The notes under the pieces were generated by a model that was not told the DNA's origin, did not search any database, and saw nothing but the letters and a program-made list of their open reading frames with translations. The position numbers and the translations under genes were made by a program. Below are positions 9,128-19,258 of a stretch of 64,000 nt of DNA, piece after piece. Position 1 is the first letter of the stretch, and every line of letters starts with the position of its first letter. The stretch is from an uncultured Verrucomicrobiota bacterium (lineage in GTDB: Bacteria; Verrucomicrobiota; Verrucomicrobiia; Limisphaerales; UBA1412), in contig CALXMK010000008.1 in NCBI GenBank assembly GCA_944389455.1, positions 26,963 through 90,962 of the forward strand. The letters run 5' to 3'.

Positions 9128-11314
9128 TTATTTTAAAGAAACCTCAACTTTTTGTTTTGGTCCAAAACTGACACTCCAGCGATTTTGTTCTATCTGTTTT
9201 AATTCTCCTCCAGTAACCTGCGGAGCCTTTTCAGATACAAAAAGTAATGTTCCCTTGCCGTAATCAGAGGATACACGAATAGATTTGGCATCACGATAAA
9301 TCTTGATGTCTCCATGCGGAGTCGGAACACTTCCCTCCATCCACTCCAATCCTCCTAATATCGGCTCAACCGTGAATTCTTCATAACCTGCCTTTGTCGG
9401 TTTAACCCCTAAATAATATCTTCCAAGGAGATAAATAGGACTAGCCCCCCAAGAATGACAAAGGCTCTTGCCATAAGGACGTCCATACATTTCCAGATGT
9501 TCTGTTCCGGACTGTTCCGGATTATATTTTTCCCAGAAACTGGTAGCTCCTTCTTTAATCATTCCCCCCCAATAAGACTTCATCTCCTTTAAAACAGTTT
9601 CCTGCTCACCCATTGCGCAGAACGCTTCTAATTCATAAAAACGCATATAGGGTGTAGATATCTTCATAATTTTATCATTCAGCAGTACATTATCTTTAAT
9701 ACGCATCTGTTTTTCAGGACTGACATAACCAAAGAAAATGGAAAACATATTCGCGTAGCGTGTGACCTGCTCACTTTGCTTCCCATTAACTACATTATTG
9801 ACAAAAGCCCCCTTTTCTTCATTCCAAAAGACAGGTTCAAGTTTTGCTCTTAAATTCTCAGCCAATTTCCCATATTTATCTAAATCTTCCTGATTTCCCA
9901 TTAACTGAGCACATAAGGTCATCGTTTCTAAACTACGGCAGAAGAGAATCTGCTCGAAGCTAATCTCTCCGTTCTTATCCATAGGGCCATCTGTCCAATC
10001 GATAAAAACCCAATCTCCCGGCTGCCCCTCTACCATTCCATTGGCATTGGTTCGAGAAAGTACAAACTCCATCAAACTCTGCATTCGAGGATAAATTTGT
10101 CTTAAAAACGCTTCATCCCCCGTATAAAGATAATAATCATAAATTCCTACAAACCAGTAGAATGTATAATCTAAAATTGTATTTAAATGACAATAGACAG
10201 GGTCTTTCCCTCTCAAGAGCCATGTTGTCCGTTTCACCGTATCAGAATCAAAAAACAGATAATAATTCATCAGATAACTCTGCAAAGCATCTCCGCTCCA
10301 GGCCCAACGATCACGCTTAATTCCATCAATAAAAGACTCCCGAGTAGTTAGATGCAATGTATAAGCACCCACATTCCAGATCTGATTCAGCTCCTCGTCA
10401 TTGCATTTAAAACTTCCACGATATTCTACAGGCAAATATTCGTATAGCATACTTAAATCATCATATTCAACTTCCGGGGAAGCTGTTATTCCCACATAAC
10501 GAAATGCTTTGGTATGAGGATGAGTATAAACTTCTTCCAACTCTGTTACCTGATGAGTTATCTCGTCAGTTAACTTCCCATTCTCCACCGTAAAAAGGTC
10601 AACTGTTTCGGCTCGATCCCAATCCAGAGCTTCAGCCTCACTTTCTCCATAAGAAATTTTAAGAGTACCTTTGCCTTTTAATCCGTGGAATTGCAAGAAG
10701 CCAAAAGTTTCTTTTCCAAAATCAAATAGGATTCCATTCTCTGTCTGTTTTTTTGAAACAGCTTTAAGAGGCATCGTCTGTAATTTAAATTCAGAAGGTC
10801 TTTGCAAAGGAGAGTCAAAATTCCATGAACCGACTTTCACATATTCAAAATCAATACGGCCATTCAAATTTACCCGCTTTTTATCCGAAGCACAGACCTC
10901 CCAATCTGCCCCGGTTCCAAATTTGTCTCCTTTAATTAAAAGTGTAGGTGGAGTCGCTTGATTATATACCTGAATTACCAATCCATGATTCCCCGCCTTC
11001 AGATCAAGTTCCTTCGGCGCACCAAAAAGCCGCACTCCATCTAAAACTACATTATAACTTCCTTCCGCGTAGATTCTTAATTTTGTATCCTCTTCTAAAT
11101 GGAAACCTTTTCGAAATTCCACAATCGGGAAATGACTATCTATCCGCCAAAGATACGGAGGATAAAAAGATCCCCGTTCCGTACGGCGGTTATTCATTTG
11201 ATTCCCCAGCCATATTTCGTAGTCCCCAGGATACCATATCCAGGAACCATATTCTGCACAAACGCATAGGACTGACGCACACAAGAACGTTAATGATAAA
11301 ATGAGTCTTTTCAT
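9128..11314 (-). CDS. alpha-L-rhamnosidase-like glycoside hydrolase (GH78-type), secreted
   Basis: The internal Met start gives signal peptide MKRLILSLTFLCASVLCVCA; the ORF could extend to 11341. It has the size of an (alpha/alpha)6-type enzyme and a GH78-like DGIKRDRWAWSGDA motif. Confidence 0.65.
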   Translation of the reverse strand: MKRLILSLTFLCASVLCVCAEYGSWIWYPGDYEIWLGNQMNNRRTERGSFYPPYLWRIDSHFPIVEFRKGFHLEEDTKLRIYAEGSYNVVLDGVRLFGAPKELDLKAGNHGLVIQVYNQATPPTLLIKGDKFGTGADWEVCASDKKRVNLNGRIDFEYVKVGSWNFDSPLQRPSEFKLQTMPLKAVSKKQTENGILFDFGKETFGFLQFHGLKGKGTLKISYGESEAEALDWDRAETVDLFTVENGKLTDEITHQVTELEEVYTHPHTKAFRYVGITASPEVEYDDLSMLYEYLPVEYRGSFKCNDEELNQIWNVGAYTLHLTTRESFIDGIKRDRWAWSGDALQSYLMNYYLFFDSDTVKRTTWLLRGKDPVYCHLNTILDYTFYWFVGIYDYYLYTGDEAFLRQIYPRMQSLMEFVLSRTNANGMVEGQPGDWVFIDWTDGPMDKNGEISFEQILFCRSLETMTLCAQLMGNQEDLDKYGKLAENLRAKLEPVFWNEEKGAFVNNVVNGKQSEQVTRYANMFSIFFGYVSPEKQMRIKDNVLLNDKIMKISTPYMRFYELEAFCAMGEQETVLKEMKSYWGGMIKEGATSFWEKYNPEQSGTEHLEMYGRPYGKSLCHSWGASPIYLLGRYYLGVKPTKAGYEEFTVEPILGGLEWMEGSVPTPHGDIKIYRDAKSIRVSSDYGKGTLLFVSEKAPQVTGGELKQIEQNRWSVSFGPKQKVEVSLK

Positions 11315-11488
11315 ATCTACAAAGTATATTACTTTTAACATCTTTGAAGAACCAAAGTAAAGTTAAACCTCTTGTTTCTCTTCAAATCAGTATTAAAACT
11401 AAAGTTTCATCCTAACTTAGAGAAAATACAGAAAATATTGTAATTTAATTTTGCCCCAATGTGCAAACTATGCTTTAATGCGTTGCGC

Positions 11489-12544
11489 ATGAGCAACGAA
11501 GGTATTCTAGTAGTAAATACAGGGTCGCCTCTTTCCCCCTCGCCTACACATGTACGCGAGTATCTAAGGCAATTCCTTATGGATCCTCACATTATTGACC
11601 TAAGCTACTGGAAACGCTGGCTACTCGTCCATGGCATTATTCTTCGATTCCGTCCCAGAAAATCCGCAAAAGCTTATCAAAGCATTTGGACTTCTGATGG
11701 CAGCCCTCTGGTTTGCATCTCAAGGAACCAATGCCAGAAAATTAAACAACAGACCTCCAAACCCGTAGAACTCTGTTTTCGCTATGGTTCCCCTTCAATT
11801 GAAGAGGGACTAAAAAAACTCCTCAATCAAGGGATACAATCTATCACTCTATTAGCTCTCTACCCTCAATCCTGTTCCGCAACCACTGGTTCAATCTATG
11901 AAAAAACATTACAAATTGCCAAACAATTAAAATATCCTCTCCCTATTTATCATCTTCCCTTTTTTTGTCTGGAACAAAACTATCTTCAAGCTTTAACTCA
12001 CTCCATTCAAAAAGCAATGCCTTCTCGAAGTGAGCATCTTCTTATCAGCTTTCACAGTCTACCAGAACGCCATATTCGCAAAGCAGACCCTACGGGTAAT
12101 TATTGTCTAAATAAACCAGATTGTTGCTTAAATTGTACAAACGAACATCTCGCTCATTGCTATAAAGCTCAAACAGTCAGAACTGTCTTACACTTAGCAA
12201 AAGCTCTTTCTCTATCTCCAACTCAATACTCGCTTTGCTATCAATCCAAATTAGGGAAAATCCCATGGCTCACACCAGAAACGGGTTCTACTGTAATAAA
12301 ATTAGCTCATTCCGGAATACGCCATTTGACTATTGTATCACCATCTTTTGTCACAGATTGTTTAGAAACACTTTATGAAATAAACCAAGAACTTCGAAAA
12401 GTATTTCTTCTCCATGGGGGAAGCTCCTTTACTTATATTCCTTGTTTAAATGACTCCATAGAATGGATTAGGCCTGTTCTTGATTTAGCTAAGATTCCAC
12501 TATACACCCCTGGCGAACTCAAAAAGCACACCACAAAGAGATAA
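11489..12544 (+). CDS. hemH: ferrochelatase with an internal Cys-rich segment
   Basis: I prefer the ATG at 11489 (MSNEGILVVNTGSP); the track ORF opens at 11459. The LISFHSLPE active-site His region and the SPSFVTDCLETLYEI motif are present. Confidence 0.85.
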   Translation: MSNEGILVVNTGSPLSPSPTHVREYLRQFLMDPHIIDLSYWKRWLLVHGIILRFRPRKSAKAYQSIWTSDGSPLVCISRNQCQKIKQQTSKPVELCFRYGSPSIEEGLKKLLNQGIQSITLLALYPQSCSATTGSIYEKTLQIAKQLKYPLPIYHLPFFCLEQNYLQALTHSIQKAMPSRSEHLLISFHSLPERHIRKADPTGNYCLNKPDCCLNCTNEHLAHCYKAQTVRTVLHLAKALSLSPTQYSLCYQSKLGKIPWLTPETGSTVIKLAHSGIRHLTIVSPSFVTDCLETLYEINQELRKVFLLHGGSSFTYIPCLNDSIEWIRPVLDLAKIPLYTPGELKKHTTKR

Positions 12545-12576
12545 GAAACATTTCCCCTCCATCTCCAAACCTTTTC

Positions 12577-12605
12577 TTGACAATACGAGTTTTTATCTAT
12601 AAATT
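12577..12605 (+). promoter_or_regulatory. candidate sigma-70-type promoter for purA
   Basis: TTGACA at 12577-12582 is followed 15-17 nt later by TATAAATT (12598-12605). The element sits about 75 nt upstream of the purA ATG. Confidence 0.4.
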
Positions 12606-12677
12606 CTGTCCGTAAATGACATTTGTGCAATTTACACTCTAAAGAGACTCGACTTTCCGAGCTGAAAAAAGGGATAT

Positions 12678-13946
12678 ATGGCAAACATAATACTGGTCGG
12701 CGCCCAATGGGGCGATGAAGGAAAAGGCAAAATTATTGATGTACTTACTGAGAAATCCGATGTTATTGTTAGGACTCAGGGCGGCAGCAACGCCGGACAT
12801 ACAGTCTTTATCGGAACACAAAAATATGTTCTGCATCTTATCCCTTCCGGTATTTTACACCCTAACAAAATTTGTGTTATCGGCAATGGTGTAGTAATCG
12901 ATCCTCTTTCCCTAGTCAAAGAAATTGATGGGCTCTTGGCAATGAACATCATTGTAGATAATAATTTCTATATCAGTCAGACAGCACACGTTGTTATGCC
13001 GTGGCACAAGCAGCTCGACGTCCTAAAAGAGATGAAAAAAGGGGACAATAAAATCGGTACAACAAAAAATGGTATTGGCCCCACCTATTCTGAAAAAGCG
13101 GATAGAACAGGAATCCGTTTTATCGACTTTATTAAGCCTGAAAGATTTAAAAAACTGCTCAAAGAGCGTTTAGATGAACACAATAAGGTTTTTGTGGAAA
13201 ACGGGATGGAAGCACTGGATTTCAACACTATCCTTGAACAATATTCCGTAGCCGCTCAAAAACTGAAACCTTTTGTTACCGACACTGTTCTTCTGTTACA
13301 TAAAGCCCGTAAAGCTAAGAAAAATATTCTCTTTGAAGGGGCTCAAGGAACCTTCTTGGATATTGATCACGGGACTTATCCATTTGTTACCTCCTCCAAC
13401 ACGACTGCCGGAGGTGCCTGTACTGGTTCAGGTTTTCCTCCTACGGCTATTGATAAAGTTATGGCTGTAGCTAAAGCTTATTCCACACGTGTTGGAAGTG
13501 GTCCTATGCCTTCAGAAAATGCTGAAATCGCCGACTTCTTGCACGGATTAGGAAGAGAATTTGGGGCTACAACAGGACGTCCTCGCCGCTGCGGATGGCA
13601 TGATGCGGTGGCGACCCGTACTGCCGTTATGATCAATGGAATCACGGAAATGGCTTTGACTAATCTGGATGGACTGGACGAAATGGAAAACATTAAAATC
13701 TGCGTGGCATATGAATGCGATGGAACCCGATACGATTACCTCCCAGCAGATTTAGAAATTTTAGAGCGCTGCAAACCAGTCTACGAAACCTTCCCTGGAT
13801 GGAAAACACCTACGTCAAAGGTTCGTTCTTGGAATGAACTTCCGGAAAATACCAAACAATACCTGAAAGCACTTGAAAAATACTGTGAAGTTAAAATCAC
13901 TATTCTCTCAGTAGGTCCTGCTAGAGACGAAACCTTCAACGTCTGA
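12678..13946 (+). CDS. purA: adenylosuccinate synthetase
   Basis: 422 aa with the GAQWGDEGKGK P-loop and GTTKNGIGPTY motif. Confidence 0.97.
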   Translation: MANIILVGAQWGDEGKGKIIDVLTEKSDVIVRTQGGSNAGHTVFIGTQKYVLHLIPSGILHPNKICVIGNGVVIDPLSLVKEIDGLLAMNIIVDNNFYISQTAHVVMPWHKQLDVLKEMKKGDNKIGTTKNGIGPTYSEKADRTGIRFIDFIKPERFKKLLKERLDEHNKVFVENGMEALDFNTILEQYSVAAQKLKPFVTDTVLLLHKARKAKKNILFEGAQGTFLDIDHGTYPFVTSSNTTAGGACTGSGFPPTAIDKVMAVAKAYSTRVGSGPMPSENAEIADFLHGLGREFGATTGRPRRCGWHDAVATRTAVMINGITEMALTNLDGLDEMENIKICVAYECDGTRYDYLPADLEILERCKPVYETFPGWKTPTSKVRSWNELPENTKQYLKALEKYCEVKITILSVGPARDETFNV

Positions 13947-14689
13947 TGTCAATAGCCACAGCAACTTCATTATCCGAAGAAGCAAAAGCAAATTTGCCCA
14001 AACATGTAGCGGTCATTATGGATGGTAATGGCCGCTGGGCTAAACAGCGCGGATTGCCTCGAATTGAAGGACATCGGAATGGCATAGAATCAGTTCGCGC
14101 TATAGTCGAAGAAACAGGAAAACTAGGAATTCCTTACTTAACTCTATACGCTTTTTCTCTGGAAAATTGGATTCGGCCAAAGGATGAAGTTGCAATGCTA
14201 ATGCAGTACTTGGGGATATTTTTGAAAAAAGAAACTCCTGGTCTGCTGAAAAACAATGTGCGTCTTTACGCTATTGGCAATCTTAAACTCCTTCCAAAAG
14301 ATGTTCAGACACAATTAACACAATCTATAAAAGAGCTTAGCCAAAATACTGGTTTGACTCTTATTCTCGCACTAAGTTACGGTAGCCGCCAAGAAATTCT
14401 TCATGCTGTACAAGAAATTGCTCAACAAGTTCAGAAAGGGGAGCTCTATCCTGAAAATATTGATGAAAAATGCTTTCAATCCCATCTTTACACCCATCAA
14501 TTCCCTGACCCGGATATTTTAATCCGTACAAGCGGAGAGATGCGTATCAGCAACTTTTTACTTTGGCAAATTTCTTATTCAGAACTCTATATTACCCCCA
14601 CTTTATGGCCAGATTTCCGCACAGAGCACCTTCATCTCGCTCTGGAAGAATATGCTCGGCGCAATAGACGTTTTGGTGGAGTAAAATAA
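13946..14689 (+). CDS. uppS: undecaprenyl-diphosphate synthase (cis-prenyltransferase)
   Basis: MDGNGRWA and RTSGEMRISNFLLWQ motifs. The start overlaps the purA stop by 1 nt (TGATG). Confidence 0.95.
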   Translation: MSIATATSLSEEAKANLPKHVAVIMDGNGRWAKQRGLPRIEGHRNGIESVRAIVEETGKLGIPYLTLYAFSLENWIRPKDEVAMLMQYLGIFLKKETPGLLKNNVRLYAIGNLKLLPKDVQTQLTQSIKELSQNTGLTLILALSYGSRQEILHAVQEIAQQVQKGELYPENIDEKCFQSHLYTHQFPDPDILIRTSGEMRISNFLLWQISYSELYITPTLWPDFRTEHLHLALEEYARRNRRFGGVK

Positions 14690-14704
14690 TTTCAAATATA
14701 TTTT

Positions 14705-15745
14705 ATGCTATTATCTTCATTTCCTCATCAACAGAGGATTACAAACACACTTCAAAAGAGCCTTGAAGCAGGAAAAATATCTCATGCTAATCTTTTTATC
14801 GGGGCTGACGAAAATGAAATGGAGACGATGGCTGCCGCTTTTGCACAAATCCTCTATTGTCAAAATCCTCCTTCCCGCTCTCCCCAAAGTGGTCTTCCTA
14901 CCGATTTCTGTGGAGAATGTCACAATTGCCAACTCATTGCACAAAAAAAACATCCCTCGGTGCAATGGATTTATCCGGAATCCAAAATCCGCGTAATTAC
15001 AACTGACCAAATCAGAAAACTCATTCAATCCTCCCAACTCAAATCACTAAGCTCCAATTACGACATCAACATTCTCTGCTCCGCTGATCGCCTTAACATT
15101 CAAGCGGCTAATGCCTTTCTAAAAACACTTGAAGAACCAGTCCCTGGAAAAATCTTTATTTTGCTGACTCGCGATCCTGAAAAAATCATTCCTACTATTC
15201 TTTCCCGTTGCCGCCGTTTTATCTTCGAAGGCATCAATCGTCCTGTTATCGATTCCTCCACTGCCAATTGGCTAAGCTCATTCGCTCAAATTGCAGTCGC
15301 TTCTCAGGGAAGGCTCCTCAGTCGATACACTTTGTTAGATTCTCTGTTAGGTCAACTGGCTATACAACAAAACATCATCGAAACTGAATTAAAAGCTCAA
15401 TCTCCCCTTTCAAAATATACTGAAGCAGAGGAGAGTTCTCGTGAGCGCTGGGAAAAAGAACTACAAGCTTCTGTTTCATCTGAATATAGACGCTGCAGAG
15501 CCAATCTCCTCTCAGCCTTGGAACTCTGGCTCCGTGATATATGGCTCACCAAGATCAACAACTCTTTTTCAGAACTCTCTTATTTCCCTGACTTACAAAA
15601 TCATACTGAAGCTATCGCAGCCCATCTCTCAGAAGAACAAGCACTTCAAAATCTTAAGATTGTCAATAAAACCTTTAAAATACTCGATACAAACGTCCAA
15701 GAATCACTTGCTTTAGAAGTCTTCTTACTCAAATTATCTTTCTAA
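14705..15745 (+). CDS. holB: DNA polymerase III delta-prime subunit
   Basis: HANLFIG, CGECHNC zinc module, ANAFLKTLEEP and ILSRC sensor motifs. Confidence 0.8.
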   Translation: MLLSSFPHQQRITNTLQKSLEAGKISHANLFIGADENEMETMAAAFAQILYCQNPPSRSPQSGLPTDFCGECHNCQLIAQKKHPSVQWIYPESKIRVITTDQIRKLIQSSQLKSLSSNYDINILCSADRLNIQAANAFLKTLEEPVPGKIFILLTRDPEKIIPTILSRCRRFIFEGINRPVIDSSTANWLSSFAQIAVASQGRLLSRYTLLDSLLGQLAIQQNIIETELKAQSPLSKYTEAEESSRERWEKELQASVSSEYRRCRANLLSALELWLRDIWLTKINNSFSELSYFPDLQNHTEAIAAHLSEEQALQNLKIVNKTFKILDTNVQESLALEVFLLKLSF

Positions 15746-17109
15746 TGGAGCAAACTCATTTAAAATTATATTCTAAAATCTGGGGAACGGCTTTAGGCAT
15801 TTTTCTATTTCTGATCATCCATTTTTTAGGAATACCCATTATTCTTGAAAATCCTCAGTTACTCTCTCCTGAAGCTAATATTCTTTCCCAAGTTTCTCAA
15901 AAATATAATTTCTCAGAACTATTTGGGAACATTCCAAATTCAGCTCCTTGGGCAGTCGCCCTGCTCCTACTAATTCTCTTAGCTCTGCCATTGGTTCAAA
16001 AACAGAATCTTTCCGCCCCTCTCACAAAATGGATACTCGGATGCGGAGTTTTTTGGATTTTCTGGGTAATACTCTCCTCTTCTCAAACTATTGCCCCCTC
16101 TCTCTCATTCCCTACGACTATCCACCTTGCAAGCTGTATAGCGTGTTTCTTTATCGGCTTTTTTATTCTAAACAGCGATAATTCTATACTTAAAATTATC
16201 CTCTTTTTTTCAACTTTTGCTCTTTTAGAAGTTTTACTATTTGCTTTTCAACAGCATTACGGTGGATTAGAAGAAACTCGCAAAATGATTCTTTCTGTAT
16301 ATTCTCCGGATCAACTCCCCGAAGACCTACTTCGCAGAATCAATAGTAATCGAGTCTACGGCTCCATGGTTTATCCCAACTCACTGGCTGGAATCATTAT
16401 TCTTCTGCTTCCGCCTTGCCTCTGCGCATTATGGGAACTCCCAGACAAAGTTCCCTCATCCATCCGGCTTCTTCTCGTCGGGACCCTAGGCTATATGGGA
16501 ATTGCCTCCCTCTATTGGTCCGGATCTAAAACAGCTTGGCTGATTGTCATTCTCCTTCTCTGTTTTAGTTTATTCCTAAAAATTAAGCTTAGTCTTAAAT
16601 ACAAAAGCCTCATCATTATCGGCATACTGGTTATCTCACTAACAGGATTTGGTCTGGTATTTTCCGATTACTTCAAGCGAGGTGCTACCAGTCTAGGAGC
16701 CCGTTTTGACTACTGGACTGCCGCAGTTCTCAATATCCGGGAAAATCCCCTTATGGGAAGCGGCCCGGGTACCTTTGCTATTCCTTATCAGAATACTAAG
16801 TCACCCGAGTCGGAAATGGCTCGGCTCTGCCACAATGACTACCTGGAACAAGCTACCGATTCAGGACTTCCGGCCGGAATCTCTTATCTTTTATTTATAA
16901 GCGGAAATATTATTTTAATTTGGAGCCGACAAAAGCACTTTACCTCAATACAGCTTTCATTAGCGCTGGGGGTAACAGCATTTGCTCTGCAAGGGGTCAG
17001 CGAGTTTTCACTCTATATCCCAGCCATCGCATGGCCATTCTTCATACTATTAGGATTCATGTCCCACTCCTGTGCTGCAAACTATCGGCTTAAAGAAAAG
17101 AAAATTTAA
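15745..17109 (+). CDS. O-antigen ligase (Wzy_C) family polytopic membrane protein
   Basis: About 12 hydrophobic segments. It has a WSGSKTAW segment and a periplasmic-loop HNDYLEQATDSGLPAG motif. The start overlaps the holB stop (TAATG). Confidence 0.6.
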   Translation: MEQTHLKLYSKIWGTALGIFLFLIIHFLGIPIILENPQLLSPEANILSQVSQKYNFSELFGNIPNSAPWAVALLLLILLALPLVQKQNLSAPLTKWILGCGVFWIFWVILSSSQTIAPSLSFPTTIHLASCIACFFIGFFILNSDNSILKIILFFSTFALLEVLLFAFQQHYGGLEETRKMILSVYSPDQLPEDLLRRINSNRVYGSMVYPNSLAGIIILLLPPCLCALWELPDKVPSSIRLLLVGTLGYMGIASLYWSGSKTAWLIVILLLCFSLFLKIKLSLKYKSLIIIGILVISLTGFGLVFSDYFKRGATSLGARFDYWTAAVLNIRENPLMGSGPGTFAIPYQNTKSPESEMARLCHNDYLEQATDSGLPAGISYLLFISGNIILIWSRQKHFTSIQLSLALGVTAFALQGVSEFSLYIPAIAWPFFILLGFMSHSCAANYRLKEKKI

Positions 17110-17113
17110 AAAA

Positions 17114-17539
17114 TTATTCCTCAAAAATTCGTCTCTGTTCAAAATTTAAAATATCGATATGGATTTTCCGATACTGCACCGGCGGCTTAGGCAGAAAGTG
17201 TTCCCAGCGCTCAATCCATTCTACAACCGTTATTCCCTTTGGAGATAAGAGGTAATTTTCCAAACCTGCTCCAATAACTTCATCTTCTCCCTCCAAACGA
17301 TAAAGATCGATATGGCATAGTGGAATACTTCCTCCTTCATATAGATTAAGAAGCGCAAACGTGGGAGAGTGCACGCGCGATTTCACCCCTAAAGCTCTGG
17401 CAAATCCTCTCACCCAACAAGTTTTGCCGGCTCCTAATTCACCAAACAAGCCTACCACTGTTCCTGGTTTAATACTTTGAGCACAAAGAGCTCCTGCTCT
17501 TTCCGTCTCTTCCGGACTATTTGAAATGATCGTATCCAT
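17114..17539 (-). CDS. tsaE: tRNA t6A37 biosynthesis ATPase TsaE
   Basis: 141 aa with Walker A GELGAGKT and the HSPTFAL motif. Confidence 0.85.
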   Translation of the reverse strand: MDTIISNSPEETERAGALCAQSIKPGTVVGLFGELGAGKTCWVRGFARALGVKSRVHSPTFALLNLYEGGSIPLCHIDLYRLEGEDEVIGAGLENYLLSPKGITVVEWIERWEHFLPKPPVQYRKIHIDILNFEQRRIFEE

Positions 17540-18470
17540 TATCTCCTAAAATACCTTCATTCGCATTTTCAGAAAGAAACATATTTTTCCGACTGAGAAT
17601 TCTCACCCCCGGTTCCTTGACTGCCTTTCCGATACAACTCAAGCGCAAACCCGGGAAAGTCTCTTTCCAAGCATCCAGAACAGACACAGATTTATTAGGA
17701 GCGATTGCAAAAAGCAACTCGAAATCCTCCCCATCATTTAAGGCATGATTTAAAGGATGAGTCCCCCTCTCCTTAGCTAATAACTTTGCTTCTTTACTTA
17801 CAGGAATTGACTCCTTCAAAAGATGCACCCCTATTCCGGAAGCTTCTATCAATCGCCGCAAATCCCCAGATAAACCATCACTCAAATCTATCATGGCATG
17901 GATATCAAAATGCTCAGCCAGCCATTGAGCCTCTTTAACTCGAGGAACAAAATCCAAATGTTTTCCGAGAATGCTTCCACCTAATTCCCCTGTTACAAAA
18001 AGAGCATCTCCCGGTTGAACATGAGATCTCAAACATAACCTGTTCTTTCTTATCCACCCTACCATAGAAACAGATAAGAAGACACTCTTTTCCACCTTTA
18101 CCGTTTCTCCACCGGAAATAGAAACTCCAAAAGTCTTGGCTCGCCGAATTAACCCTTCATAAATTTTCAGAACATCCTCTTCTAAAAAATCCTGCGGTAT
18201 TCCTAAAGTAATCAATGCTGAAATCGGATTCCCAGCCATTGCAGCCATATCGCTCAAACAACGGGAAATAGCCTTAGATCCAATTCTTTCCCAAGAAGCC
18301 TCTCGGGTAAAATGCACATTTTCCACAACAGCATCTGTTTTGAAAATCAGTTGCCGATCAGGAATTCCAAGCTCCAATACCGAACAATCATCTCCTGCAC
18401 CTATCCGAGTGGCCTCATTTATCGGTAAAAGAGGTATTAATTTCTTAATTAGATCAAATTCTCCGATCAT
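17517..18470 (-). CDS. thiL: thiamine-monophosphate kinase
   Basis: AIR-synthase-like fold motifs (GDDCSVL, DLSDGL). I prefer the ATG at 18470 (MIGEFDLIKK), which shares one nt with the upstream stop (TAATG). The track ORF extends to 18542. Confidence 0.85.
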   Translation of the reverse strand: MIGEFDLIKKLIPLLPINEATRIGAGDDCSVLELGIPDRQLIFKTDAVVENVHFTREASWERIGSKAISRCLSDMAAMAGNPISALITLGIPQDFLEEDVLKIYEGLIRRAKTFGVSISGGETVKVEKSVFLSVSMVGWIRKNRLCLRSHVQPGDALFVTGELGGSILGKHLDFVPRVKEAQWLAEHFDIHAMIDLSDGLSGDLRRLIEASGIGVHLLKESIPVSKEAKLLAKERGTHPLNHALNDGEDFELLFAIAPNKSVSVLDAWKETFPGLRLSCIGKAVKEPGVRILSRKNMFLSENANEGILGDNGYDHFK

Positions 18471-19216
18471 TACACCTCTCCTCCCAAAAAAAGGCAAAGC
18501 AGCACATTTGCTAAATTGAAAACGGAATGAGTTACTATGCAAACGCTTAAATTTCCATATTTCTCATAAAGCCACACAAGAAATATGGAAAAACAAAACA
18601 ACGGAAGAAAAACAGCAATATTACAATGAATCATTGCAAAAATGAATGAGCAAATAAATACAGCCGTCTTGTGAAAACCAATGTCTCTCAGATAAACATA
18701 CAAAACTCCTCTAAAAAGAAGCTCCTCAGCCACAGGAGCAATAAAAACAGAAAGAAATGATATCGCTACAATAGACTTAAGATAAGAAGGATCGGTCTGC
18801 TGGAGAATCTCAATCGCTTTTTGCGACTCCATCTCATATCCAAATAAACCACTTATCCATTGAATAATACTACTTAAAATCAAAGATACAGCAAAGAAGA
18901 CTATCCCGAAAATAACTCCATGTAACCCTAAAGTCCAATTAGATCCTAAATTAAATCCAAACGCTTTTTTTACACTCCATCCTTGGCTCTTTAAAAAGAG
19001 AAAAATTAAAAGCAGTACGACACCATGAAATGAAAGAATAGAAAAAACAGTAGAAAAAAAAGTTCCTCCATCCTCAAAGTAACTCTCAAGTTGCTTACTA
19101 AATGCAGTAAGAAGAGAACTTGAAAACAATGCGCAGAAGCAAATCCCTACTACTAAACACCCTACATAGGTATCACTCCAGCCCTTATAAGGAACAATTC
19201 CTGTTTTTAATGACAT
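18470..19216 (-). CDS. CPBP (CAAX) family intramembrane metalloprotease
   Basis: Multi-TM protein with the EELLFRG motif and downstream FAMIH / HSVFN motifs. Confidence 0.75.
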   Translation of the reverse strand: MSLKTGIVPYKGWSDTYVGCLVVGICFCALFSSSLLTAFSKQLESYFEDGGTFFSTVFSILSFHGVVLLLIFLFLKSQGWSVKKAFGFNLGSNWTLGLHGVIFGIVFFAVSLILSSIIQWISGLFGYEMESQKAIEILQQTDPSYLKSIVAISFLSVFIAPVAEELLFRGVLYVYLRDIGFHKTAVFICSFIFAMIHCNIAVFLPLFCFSIFLVWLYEKYGNLSVCIVTHSVFNLANVLLCLFLGGEV

Positions 19217-19258
19217 GAAAAAGGATATCTTAAAATAAAATCAATACCCAAAATCTTT

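Noticed and set aside
9564-9570. C7 (G7 on the coding strand) homopolymer inside the GH78 gene, considered as a possible phase-variation tract.
   Set aside because: Seven nucleotides is short for slipped-strand switching and the frame is intact. Without population or read data there is no evidence of length variation.
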